The notes below the pieces were generated by a model that saw only the letters and a list, made by a program, of their open reading frames with translations, did not search any database and was not told the DNA's origin. This document shows, piece after piece, positions 49,435 to 58,545 of a DNA stretch of 64,000 nucleotides (position 1 is its first letter; every line of letters begins with the position of its first letter). Source of the DNA: Armatimonadota bacterium (GTDB lineage: Bacteria; Armatimonadota; SYMT01); NCBI GenBank assembly GCA_041690135.1, contig JAWLHY010000003.1, positions 928,001-992,000 of the forward strand, in the 5' to 3' direction. The position numbers and the translations under genes are program-made.

Positions 49435-50115
49435 ATGCCGACACTCCGTCAACACTTTGAAGCCGAACTGGATAGCCTTCAGGAAGATGTCCAGCGCATG
49501 GGCACCTACGTCGTCGAAATGCTCGACCTGGCTCTCCAGGCCCTTACCCAGCAGAACGAAGAGCTCGCCGCCCGGGTCGTCGCGATGGACGACGTGGCGG
49601 ACCAGATGGACCACGACATCGAGCACAAGTGCCTGCGCTTGCTCGCCCAGCAGCAGCCGGTCTCCCGCGATCTCCGGGTGATCAGTACGGCGATGAAGGC
49701 GATCACCGACCTGGAACGGATCGGTGACTTCTCCGTGGATATCGCCAAAACCGCCCGGCGGCTGGTGGCGGAACCGTACTTCAAGCCGCTCGTCCACATT
49801 CCCCAGATGGCCGAGTGCGTCAAGCGGCTGGTCCTGGAGGCGCTGGCGGCCTACATCCATCACGATCTCGAGCGCGTGCAGCGCACCATCGAGATGGATG
49901 ACGCGGTGGACCGCTACTACGACCAGATCTTCACCGAGCTCCTGGAGCACGTGGAGCGGGACCCCACGGTCTATCGACAGGCCACGTGGTTCACCTTCAT
50001 CATTCACTTCCTGGAGCGCATCGCCGATCACGCCGTCAACGTCGCTGAGCGGGTCCACTACATGGAAACCGGCCAGGTGGTGAACCTGGCGCCGAGCCAC
50101 ACCGCCGGCTCGTAG
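49435..50115 (+). CDS. phoU: Phosphate signalling protein PhoU
   Basis: QQPVSRDLR, DLERIGD, MDDAVD, LERIADHAVNVAE. Confidence 0.96.
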   Translation: MPTLRQHFEAELDSLQEDVQRMGTYVVEMLDLALQALTQQNEELAARVVAMDDVADQMDHDIEHKCLRLLAQQQPVSRDLRVISTAMKAITDLERIGDFSVDIAKTARRLVAEPYFKPLVHIPQMAECVKRLVLEALAAYIHHDLERVQRTIEMDDAVDRYYDQIFTELLEHVERDPTVYRQATWFTFIIHFLERIADHAVNVAERVHYMETGQVVNLAPSHTAGS

Positions 50116-50209
50116 TTGAGACCGGCGATCCGCGAATTGCGCGAATGAGGCGAATGGACGGGGCACGGGCGTCCCGCCCGCCAGGAGAATCGGGAGTGGT
50201 GGTGTGGTA

Positions 50210-50490
50210 AGGGGTGGAGTGGGGAGGGCATATTGCCCGCCAGGGTAGCCTACGGTGGCCGGCACTGTCGGCCGATGAAAGTGGGACACGCGTCTCACCC
50301 GCCCCGTTAACTCGCTTGGGTCAGGTGGGGCGCCTCCATATTCCCGGCACGGAACACCCGGAGAGGCAAAGGGCGTAGGCCGTCCCAACCCAGGCTTTGA
50401 TTCCACGCCGGAGTGCGGAGAGGCCGCCGGTATGCGATAAGCTTCGCGACCTCCACTGCCATCGGATAGGTGGGCGCGGCCACCCCTCCA
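50210..50490 (+). ncRNA. Candidate structured RNA of unknown class
   Basis: Long-range closing stems plus at least six hairpins; G-U pairs consistently favour the + strand. Confidence 0.4.
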
Positions 50491-50493
50491 GTC

Positions 50494-50590
50494 CCATCGC
50501 CCACTGCTTCCTGCCTCCTGCGTTCCGCCTTCTGCCCACCCCCCACTGCCTTCTGCCCACTGCCTCCTGCCCACTGCCTTCTGGCGCCAC
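50494..50590. repeat. CCACTGC/TTCTGCC heptamer tract
   Basis: Imperfect 7-nt periodicity. Confidence 0.75.
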
Positions 50591-50768
50591 TTGAGGACAG
50601 CTCTGCGTGCACGAACACGTAGCATCTTTAGTGCGATGCGCTAAAGCAGGTTTATTCAAAAGGGCTCCTGTGCAAAAATGTCCATGGGGAGATCGGGTCG
50701 GCAGGCGATCCGGCTCCCGGTGTGATGGCATTAGGCCTGACAGATGACGCATTGTGAGGAGGTACGTC

Positions 50769-51428
50769 ATGCGACGCAATGGAGATCTCTTCCCGGTGCG
50801 CCGGGAACAGGACTGGGGCCTCTCACCCTGGAGTGAGACCAGCTGGTTTAGCCCCAACAGCTTCCTTTCCGCCTCTCCGTGGCAAACGATGCGGCGGATG
50901 CAGGAAGACATGGACCGGCTGTTCAGCCAGTTCGTGGCACCCGGGACCCAGCAGCCGGGGCAGGTGCGGAACTGGGCTCCCAGCGTGGACGTGAGCCAGA
51001 CGGAAGGCGAATGGCTGATTGAAGCCGACCTTCCGGGGGTGAGCAAGGACCATGTGGACGTACAGGTGCATAACCACCACCTGGTGATCCGCGCGGAAGT
51101 ACACGAGGAGAAGGGCCCCGAGACCGAGGGTGGCCAGGACCGCCAGTATCAACGGCGGGAACGCCGATACGGCCGGTTCGAGCGGGTGCTGGCGCTGCCG
51201 CAGAATGTGGATGAGGAGCGGATTCGCTGCGAGTTCCGCGATGGAGTCCTGAAGGTCCACGTTCCCAAGGTGGCGGAGGCCCGAACGCAGGGGCGCCGGA
51301 TCCCGATTGGTGACGGACAGCCGGAAGCGACCTCGATCGCGGCGGGCACGGAAGTCGAAAGCCGCCCGAACGGGAAGAGCAACCATGGTGCGCCCGATAA
51401 GGGCAAGGTTGCGGCCAAAGCCGCGTAG
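50769..51428 (+). CDS. Hsp20/alpha-crystallin small heat-shock protein
   Basis: WAPSVDV, ADLPGV, ERRYGRFER.L.LP, FRDGVLKVHVPK. Confidence 0.95.
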   Translation: MRRNGDLFPVRREQDWGLSPWSETSWFSPNSFLSASPWQTMRRMQEDMDRLFSQFVAPGTQQPGQVRNWAPSVDVSQTEGEWLIEADLPGVSKDHVDVQVHNHHLVIRAEVHEEKGPETEGGQDRQYQRRERRYGRFERVLALPQNVDEERIRCEFRDGVLKVHVPKVAEARTQGRRIPIGDGQPEATSIAAGTEVESRPNGKSNHGAPDKGKVAAKAA

Positions 51429-51603
51429 GTGAGTGGGGGGTAGAGGGGAGTAGGAGTAGGACTCCTGGGGCGTGGGAAGTGGGGCGGGCGTCTCGCCCGC
51501 CGCGGAGAGTGAAGACCGATCACGATCGAAGTGTGAGCCCTCCTCTACCTTCCACCCTCACCCCTCCTACTCTCCCACCCTCCACTCTCCCACCCCTCAT
51601 CCT

Positions 51604-52464
51604 TCACTGCCGGCGGGCTTCTTCGCGGATTCTCTCCGCCTCCTCTTCGGCGTGGCGGAGCAGAGCTTCCGCTTCCTGACGAAGGCGCTCCGCCCGGGAT
51701 CTGGCCTGGTTTTCCGCTTCCGTGGCCCGGGCGCGCAGGTCGTCGGCACGGTCTTGCGCCTGATCCTCGGCGGTCCGTGCTTCCTCCAGTAGCCGCTGGC
51801 CCTGCGGATTTTCCTGTGCCACCAGTTCCGCGGCGCGGACCGCCTGTGCCGCGCGTTGCTCCAGTTCTTCCGCCTCCCGTTCCGCGTTTCGCCGCTGCAC
51901 GGAGGCCCGAGCCAGTTCCTGTTCGATTGCCCGCAGTGCCGTGCGGTACTCCCGCGTCGCCTGCTCCAGGACTTCCTGGGCCTCATCCTCGGCGGCTGCC
52001 TCGCGCGCGGCTTGCTCCAGCGCCAGGTCCTCGTCCGCGGGACCGTTGCGTCCACTCGCAGGGTCCGCACCGGCATTCGCTCCCGGAGGACTCGAGCCGC
52101 GGGCAGCACCGGGTCCGGTCGTTCTCGTTCGCCTCTCGCCCGTGAGTGCCGTTCCCAGGGTGCGCCCCGGTCTCCGGCCGGGGCCGTCCGGAAGGTCGGC
52201 TTCAAAACTCCGCGGCGGCCGAGCTCGATGGGCGGGGGACTGGGCTCGACCCCCGTCCGTCTCTTCTACCGCGGGCGGAGGGGGCGGGCGGAACCAGCGG
52301 ACGAACGGGAGCCAGAAGAGGGCCACGCCCAGGCAGGCGATCACGAACAGGCCCGCGGGTCCCAGGGTGAAGTTTCCGGGCGAGGCGGGGATCAGGTCTA
52401 CCTTCGGCGGAGTGGAATCTTTCCGCGAAGGGGGGGACGGGTCCGAACGGCGGGTATCGGCCAT
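51604..52464 (-). CDS. Single-TM protein with long coiled coil
   Basis: TM, Pro-rich linker, E/A/R-rich heptads. Confidence 0.7.
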   Translation of the reverse strand: MADTRRSDPSPPSRKDSTPPKVDLIPASPGNFTLGPAGLFVIACLGVALFWLPFVRWFRPPPPPAVEETDGGRAQSPAHRARPPRSFEADLPDGPGRRPGRTLGTALTGERRTRTTGPGAARGSSPPGANAGADPASGRNGPADEDLALEQAAREAAAEDEAQEVLEQATREYRTALRAIEQELARASVQRRNAEREAEELEQRAAQAVRAAELVAQENPQGQRLLEEARTAEDQAQDRADDLRARATEAENQARSRAERLRQEAEALLRHAEEEAERIREEARRQ

Positions 52465-52561
52465 AACAGCCCTCCGGTACACAGGAAACTCCCGGCCTCC
52501 GCCGGAATCAGAAGATCGGTTGCCGCACGTTTCTCGTTATTGCCCTTTAGAAGGACTCCGG

Positions 52562-53830
52562 ATGTCTACTGCTTCCCCTCGGCGCTTTTGCCTCGGCCTT
52601 CGCCGGACCGCGGCGGCACTGTCCCTCGCGCTCGCTACCGCTCTCGGTGCTTCCGCCGACGACTGGCCCTACTGGCGCGGTCTCCACCAGGACGGTATCT
52701 CGCGCGAGACCGGCCTCTTGAAAACCTGGCCGGCCGAAGGGCCGCGGGTTCTCTGGAAACAGGCAGTCCCCGGCGGCTATTCCTCGTTCGCCGTAGCGCA
52801 GGGCCGCCTCTACACCATGTCGGAAGATCGCAAGGAAGAGATCGTTCTCTGTTTAGACGCAACATCGGGCAAGCAAGTTTGGGAATATCGCTACCCGGCG
52901 GATTACGATCTGCACCCCGGCCTGGACCAGCGCTTCAAGAGTGGTCCCCGTTCAACACCGGTGGTCGACGCGGGACACGTCTATGCCCTGGGGACGACCG
53001 GCGTGCTGAACTGTCTGGAGGCGAAGACCGGACGGGTGGTCTGGACGCAGGACCTGTTGAAGCTGGGCGAGCGGCCGATTCCGGAGTTTGGCTACTCCAA
53101 CTCCCCGTTCATCGCCGGCGACCGGCTCTTCGTCCAGCCCGGTGGGACGAAGGGGAACTCCCTGGCGGCCCTGGACAAGCGGACCGGAAAAGTCCTGTGG
53201 AAAGGCCAGGACGACCCGATCGGGTATGCGACGCCGATCCTCATTGAGGCGCAAGGGCAGGCGCAGGTGGTTTACTTCACCGCCGCGGGCATCGTGGCAG
53301 TCCGGCCGGCGGATGGCCAGCCGCTGTGGCGCTTCCCCTGGAAGACGAACTACGACCTGAACGTAGCGACCCCAATCTATGCCGGCGGGCAGCTCTTCCT
53401 CTCCTCCAACTACGGCCGGGGCGCGGCCATGCTGCGGCTGAAACCGGAAGGCCCGGTGGGCGCCGAAGAGGTCTACCGCACGGCCAACATGCAGAACCAC
53501 TTCTCCACCAGCGTGCTCTACCGGGACCACCTCTACGGGTTCAGCAACGACCGGCTCCGGTGCGTGGAATGGGCGACGGGTGAGATCAAGTGGGACCAGC
53601 GCGGGCTGGGCCGCGGCTCTCTTCTCCTGGCCGACGGGCATCTCTTTGCGCTCGGGGACAAGGGCGATCTGGTGCTGGCCGAGGCAACTCCCGCCGCTTA
53701 CGTGGAGAAGGGTCGGTTCAGGGCGCTCCCCCAGAGCCCATGCTGGACCGGCCCCGTGCTGGCGAACGGCCGGCTCTACGTGCGGAACGAGACGGAGATC
53801 GTGGCGCTGGATGTGGGGCGCCGTCCTTAA
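52562..53830 (+). CDS. PQQ-like beta-propeller protein
   Basis: DWPYWRG, GYSS, GPRSTP, YATP, CWTGPVLANGRLYVR. Confidence 0.92.
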   Translation: MSTASPRRFCLGLRRTAAALSLALATALGASADDWPYWRGLHQDGISRETGLLKTWPAEGPRVLWKQAVPGGYSSFAVAQGRLYTMSEDRKEEIVLCLDATSGKQVWEYRYPADYDLHPGLDQRFKSGPRSTPVVDAGHVYALGTTGVLNCLEAKTGRVVWTQDLLKLGERPIPEFGYSNSPFIAGDRLFVQPGGTKGNSLAALDKRTGKVLWKGQDDPIGYATPILIEAQGQAQVVYFTAAGIVAVRPADGQPLWRFPWKTNYDLNVATPIYAGGQLFLSSNYGRGAAMLRLKPEGPVGAEEVYRTANMQNHFSTSVLYRDHLYGFSNDRLRCVEWATGEIKWDQRGLGRGSLLLADGHLFALGDKGDLVLAEATPAAYVEKGRFRALPQSPCWTGPVLANGRLYVRNETEIVALDVGRRP

Positions 53831-53844
53831 AAGCCACTCGTCAT

Positions 53845-53969
53845 TTTGACACGGATAGCACGGAGAGAACGGATCGACACGGATGGAATGCCTCCCATCG
53901 GCGGGCACTTCCTCCCGAATGCTTACTCTGGCAGTGACAATCCGTCAGATCCGTGCTATCCGTGTCAAG
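53845..53969. repeat. Inverted repeat of 9-nt-period ACGGAT units
   Basis: ttgacacggatagcacgga..tccgtgctatccgtgtcaa. Confidence 0.8.
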
Positions 53970-53994
53970 ACAAGCAACTGCCGTAGGAGAGAGC

Positions 53995-54858
53995 ATGAAG
54001 ATCGGTTTCCGCATTCCCGGCAAGGCTCGGGAGCTTCCCTTTGAAGAACTCTGTGGTTGGGCGGTGCGTACGGGTTTCGGGTCGATCGACCTGCCCGGTC
54101 CGGACCCGGAGCAGATCCGCACCGCGCGGGCGGGCGGCCTGGAGATCGGCACCGTCGATCTGCCCGGCACCGCGAACCTGATCAGCGCGGACCCGGAGAA
54201 GCAGCAGGCGGGCGTGGAGACGGCAAAGGCCGCCATCGCGGCGACGGCGGAGCACGGGTGCAACCGGATGTTTTGCGTGTTCGTACCCGAAGACCGCGGT
54301 CGCAAGCGAGCCGAGACGTTCGCGGTCTGGAAGGAGACGTTCCCCGCCGTGGCCGCCTTCGCGGAGGAGAAGGGCGTGCGGATCGCCATGGAAGGGTGGC
54401 CTGGGCCGGCGCCCCACTACCCCGCGCTAGGATGCACCCCGGAGATGTGGCGCGCCATGTTCGCCGCGGTGCCGTCGCCGGCGTTCGGCCTCAACTACGA
54501 TCCCTCGCACCTGGTCCGGATCGGGGTGGACTGGCGCCGGGCCCTGGATGAGTTCGGCGACCGGATCATCCATGTCCACGGGAAGGACACCGACTTCGAC
54601 GCCGAGCGGCTCTACGAACACGGTAACCTGGGACCCACCTTCCGCAAGCCGGTCGGCTTCAGCGAAAGCTGGTGGCGCTACACGATTCCGGGCGAAGGGG
54701 TCGTGGACTGGTGTCGCCTGATCGGTCGCCTGGAAGATTTCGGCTTCAACGGCGTGGTGAGCGTGGAGTTGGAAGACTACCGCTACCACGAGACCTGGGA
54801 GCTCCAGTCGGATGGCCTCGCCCGCAGCCGGGAGCACCTGGCACGCTGGGTGCGCTGA
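53995..54858 (+). CDS. Sugar phosphate isomerase/epimerase (xylose-isomerase-like TIM barrel)
   Basis: IAMEGW, NYDPSH, HVHGKD, PGEG.VDW, SVELE. Confidence 0.9.
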   Translation: MKIGFRIPGKARELPFEELCGWAVRTGFGSIDLPGPDPEQIRTARAGGLEIGTVDLPGTANLISADPEKQQAGVETAKAAIAATAEHGCNRMFCVFVPEDRGRKRAETFAVWKETFPAVAAFAEEKGVRIAMEGWPGPAPHYPALGCTPEMWRAMFAAVPSPAFGLNYDPSHLVRIGVDWRRALDEFGDRIIHVHGKDTDFDAERLYEHGNLGPTFRKPVGFSESWWRYTIPGEGVVDWCRLIGRLEDFGFNGVVSVELEDYRYHETWELQSDGLARSREHLARWVR

Positions 54859-54903
54859 TCTCGCCGACTGGAACTGTCCACAGAAGACGCAGATGGGGAA
54901 GGC

Positions 54904-54930
54904 ATGGACCGGCGGTGGCCGGTCCATTTC
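54904..54930. terminator. Hairpin between convergent genes
   Basis: ATGGACCGGC-GGTG-GCCGGTCCAT. Confidence 0.5.
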
Positions 54931-55030
54931 CTTGGATCGCCGCCCAGCCAATTCCTGATCGTTGGCCGTAATGCGGTGCGGTCCGGATACTCACTTCAGC
55001 TGTCGACACCCAGGATCCGTGCTGGCGGAG

Positions 55031-56113
55031 CTACTGGCTCAGGCCCCGGCCGCTGACCTTCCATTCGCCCAGGATCTCGCCGTTGCTGACGGCATACGCC
55101 TTTTCGAACAGGTTGGTGGTGCCTTCCAGGTAGTAGGGGATGAGCTGCAGGCGGTCGCCGGGTTGGAGGTTGCGGCCTTCGTCTTCCAGGTGCAGTACGC
55201 CGTGCTCGGAGTTGAGGGCGGTGACGGTCACGCCGGGATTTGCGAGTGGGCGGGGATTGCCGAAAGAGGGGTGGATCGACTTCCGGCCGGCATCGGTGAT
55301 CGCCCGGTCTTCCGTTGGCCGGGAGATGACGGTCGAGAGCACGGTGCAGGCGTAATCGAAGTCCGCACCGCCGTCTTCGTGGAACAGAAGGTCCATCAGG
55401 GCGTAGGTGCCGGTCTGGAGTTCCGTCACGCCGGGGACGCGGGCCGTTACGTCGTAGGTGCCGGTCCCGCCGCAGCTCACCACCTTCACCTCCAGACCGG
55501 CTTCCGTGCAGTGCTGCGCGGTCTCCGTGAGCCTTCCCACTGCTTCCTGGATGGCGGGGACCTTCTCGTCGCGGGGCATCAGGCAGCAGTGACCTTCGTA
55601 CCCCATTACGCCGCGGAAGCGGAGCCCCTTCAGTTCCGAGCAGCGCAGCGCCAACTCCACGGCGGTGCGGCCGGGATCTACGCCGCACCGGTTCATCCCG
55701 AGGTTGACCTCGATCAGAATACCGACGGTGGAGTGCTGTTCGCGGGCGGCCGCCGCCATCTGCCGGGCCACTTCGAGATTGTCCACGCCGACGGTCACCT
55801 TGTGCCGCCGTGCCAGCTTCGCCAGCCGCTGCCACTTGAGCGGACCCACCACCTGGTTGGCGATGAGGAGATGATCCATACCTAACTCGGCCAGCAATTC
55901 CGCCTCCGCGAGCTTGGCACAGGTGATGCCCCGCGCGCCGGCGAGCCGCTGTCTCCGGGAGATTTCATCGATCCGGTGGGACTTGAAATGCGGTCGGGTC
56001 GTGACGCCGCAGTCGCGGACGAAGGCGGCCATCTTCGCGAGGTTGCGGTCCAGGACGTCCACATCGACGAGAAGCGCGGGAGTGTCGATCTGCGGGTAGA
56101 GCTCGGCTGACAT
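55031..56113 (-). CDS. DSD1-family PLP enzyme (D-threonine aldolase / D-serine dehydratase-like)
   Basis: DTPALLVD, RPHFKSH (PLP Lys), NRCGV, GYEGH, GGTGT, DAGRK, SEHG. Confidence 0.9.
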   Translation of the reverse strand: MSAELYPQIDTPALLVDVDVLDRNLAKMAAFVRDCGVTTRPHFKSHRIDEISRRQRLAGARGITCAKLAEAELLAELGMDHLLIANQVVGPLKWQRLAKLARRHKVTVGVDNLEVARQMAAAAREQHSTVGILIEVNLGMNRCGVDPGRTAVELALRCSELKGLRFRGVMGYEGHCCLMPRDEKVPAIQEAVGRLTETAQHCTEAGLEVKVVSCGGTGTYDVTARVPGVTELQTGTYALMDLLFHEDGGADFDYACTVLSTVISRPTEDRAITDAGRKSIHPSFGNPRPLANPGVTVTALNSEHGVLHLEDEGRNLQPGDRLQLIPYYLEGTTNLFEKAYAVSNGEILGEWKVSGRGLSQ

Positions 56114-56246
56114 AGCTTTACTGTAAAGAATAGCGGGAGAGGGCACGGTAGAGGGGCCGCCTTATTCTACCTCCCCCGCGGGCATGCGGGCCAACCGACA
56201 CTCTTCACTCCTTTGTAGGAAACAGCAGTGGCGGTGGAGTATCTGA

Positions 56247-56325
56247 AGGTGTTCGGGTGTTCGGCATTGGGTGTTCAGGCGTTGGGTGTTCGGGTGTTCG
56301 GGCATTCAGGCTTTCGGGATGTTGT
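56247..56325. repeat. GGGTGTTC octamer tract (related tracts at 56480-56555)
   Basis: ~9 imperfect octamers. Confidence 0.8.
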
Positions 56326-56573
56326 TGGGAAACTGGTACCGCCTTCGAAGACCACACCGTAGGGAATGTGACGCCGTTCCATTCCGTTGCTTGCGAAGCT
56401 GATCTCGTTAGGCCAACTCGCGTGCACCCGAGAATTTGTCAACAACATTGTTCAGGCGTTGGGCTACCCCTCGGGTGGTAGACGTTGGGTGATGGGTGAT
56501 GGGTGTCGGACGTCGGGCATTTTCCCAACGCCCAATGCCCACTGCCTAATGCCCGTTCGTAGGGAGCAAGAGT

Positions 56574-57947
56574 ATGTATCGATTGGATGCGGAGAGAGCG
56601 GTCCACTTCTGCGACGGGATGACCCGCCGGGATTTCCTGCACGCGGGCTCCCTGCCGTTCTTGGGGCTGTCGCTGCCGGCGCTTTCGGCGCTCGAAGCGG
56701 AAGGCGCGGTGAAGAAGGACCGGGACGTCAACTGCATCATGATCTTCATGCTGGGCGGGCCGAGCCAGCTCGACACGTGGGACATGAAGCCGGACGCGCC
56801 CGCGGAGATCCGGGGGCCCTACCAGCCGATCGAGACGAATGTGAGCGGTATCCGGATCTCGGAGATCTTCCCGCGGATGGCCCGGCACGCGGACAAATAC
56901 GCCCTGGTGCGCTCCGTTTACCACACGGCCGCGGCGGTTCACGACACGGGCCACCAGATGATGCAGACAGGCCGCCTGTTCCAGGGGGGCGTGGAGCACC
57001 CGCACCCGGGCAGCGTGCTGGCGAAGCTGAAGGGGCCGAAGACGGCCGCGCCCCCGCACGTGGTGCTCCCCACGCCGATGGGGCCGACCGGCGGCAACCT
57101 CCCACACGGGCAGAGCGCCGGGTACCTGGGCAAGCAGTTCGACCCGTTGGTCCTGAACGCCGACCCCAGCAAGAAGGACTTCAAGGTGGCGGACCTGCTC
57201 CCGCCGGACTACGTCACCGCCGTGCGCCAGGACCGCCGCCAGACCCTCCGCGAGGCGATCGACGGCTCCGTCGCGCGCTTCGAGGCCAGTGCGAACGCGA
57301 AGCTGCTCGACGCCAACTTCCAGCAGGCGTACACCCTGATGTCCTCTCCGGAAGCGCGCGAAGCGTTCGACGTGACCGCCGAGCCGGAAGCGCTCCGCAA
57401 GAAGTACGGGGAGAACAAGTTCGGCCAGAGCTGTCTCCTCGCCCGCCGGATGCTGGAGCGGGGCGTGCGGTTCGTCACGATCAACATGTTCGAGACGGTG
57501 TTCAACGAGATCACCTGGGACATCCACGGCTCGCGGCCGTTCACCCCCATTCAGGCCTATAAAGAGATCGTGGGGCCGTGGTTCGACCACGGCTACAGCA
57601 CCCTGCTGGAAGACCTGAGCCAGCGCGGCATGCTGGACAACACCCTGGTGGTGGCGATGGGCGAGTTCGGACGCACCCCCAAGATCAACCCGGCGGGCGG
57701 CCGCGATCACTGGCCGCAGTGCTGGTCCATTGCCTTCGCCGGCGGCGGAGTCAAGGGTGGCCAGGTGGTGGGCGCCAGCGATGAGATCGGCGGTTTCCCC
57801 AAGGACCGGCCGGTAACCCCCTCGGAAGTGGCGGCTACCGTTTACCACAGCCTGGGTGTGGACATTCATCACGAGCTGGAAGGACCCCAGGGCCGCCCTC
57901 TCCCGCTGGTGGACTTCGGCGTCAAGCCGATTACGGAACTGTTCTGA
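56574..57947 (+). CDS. DUF1501 family protein
   Basis: RRDFL twin-Arg, GGPSQLDTWDMKP, GQSCLLARR, WDIH, GEFGRTP, GRDHWP. Confidence 0.93.
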   Translation: MYRLDAERAVHFCDGMTRRDFLHAGSLPFLGLSLPALSALEAEGAVKKDRDVNCIMIFMLGGPSQLDTWDMKPDAPAEIRGPYQPIETNVSGIRISEIFPRMARHADKYALVRSVYHTAAAVHDTGHQMMQTGRLFQGGVEHPHPGSVLAKLKGPKTAAPPHVVLPTPMGPTGGNLPHGQSAGYLGKQFDPLVLNADPSKKDFKVADLLPPDYVTAVRQDRRQTLREAIDGSVARFEASANAKLLDANFQQAYTLMSSPEAREAFDVTAEPEALRKKYGENKFGQSCLLARRMLERGVRFVTINMFETVFNEITWDIHGSRPFTPIQAYKEIVGPWFDHGYSTLLEDLSQRGMLDNTLVVAMGEFGRTPKINPAGGRDHWPQCWSIAFAGGGVKGGQVVGASDEIGGFPKDRPVTPSEVAATVYHSLGVDIHHELEGPQGRPLPLVDFGVKPITELF

Positions 57948-57969
57948 GACCCGGCAGGAGTGGGATCGC

Positions 57970-58533
57970 ATGAGCGCAGTAACAGAGACCCCTCCCAGGC
58001 TGTACACCGCCGCCGATGTGGAAGAGCTCTCCGCCCGGGGGCTCCATTACGAGCTGTACTTTGGGGAACTGCAAGAGATGCCGCCGGCCGGGGGAGAACA
58101 TGGTTCCGTGGGACAACGCCTCGGGGCTCGCGCCACTGTCTATATCGACGATCGGCAACTGGGGGAAAGCTTCCTCGCGGAAACTGGCTTTAAGCTGACC
58201 ACGGACCCGGATACCGTCCTGGCTCCCGACTGGGCCTACATCTCCGCAGAGCGGCTCCCCGAGTCTTTCCCTCCGGGGTTCCTTCCGGTGGTGCCGGATA
58301 TCGTGGTGGAGGTGCGGTCGCCGAGCGAGACCCCGCGAGAGTTCTCCGGAAAGATCGCCCTCTGGCTTCAACTGGGCGTGCGCCTCGCCTGGGCGCTCGA
58401 CCCGGTGCGCCGGACGGTAGTAGTCCACCGGCCGGGCACCGATCCGCGGATTCTGCAGGTAGGGGATGTGCTCGACGGCGGCGAGGTGCTCCCCGGCTTC
58501 ACCGTGGAGGTGGCGAAACTGTTCCGGGCTTGA
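57970..58533 (+). CDS. Uma2 family PD-(D/E)xK endonuclease-like protein
   Basis: YEL..GEL.EMPP, APD, PDIVVEVRSPS, VLPGF. Confidence 0.9.
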   Translation: MSAVTETPPRLYTAADVEELSARGLHYELYFGELQEMPPAGGEHGSVGQRLGARATVYIDDRQLGESFLAETGFKLTTDPDTVLAPDWAYISAERLPESFPPGFLPVVPDIVVEVRSPSETPREFSGKIALWLQLGVRLAWALDPVRRTVVVHRPGTDPRILQVGDVLDGGEVLPGFTVEVAKLFRA

Positions 58534-58545
58534 GGAACGCTGGTG

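Noticed and set aside
50270-50400. RNase P RNA (GATGAAAGT..AACCCAGGCTTT resemblance)
   Set aside because: The universal GAGGAAAGUCC and other conserved regions are not matched.
50618-50644. CIRCE element upstream of Hsp20
   Set aside because: TAGCA..GCTAA half-sites are degenerate and mis-spaced relative to TTAGCACTC-N9-GAGTGCTAA.
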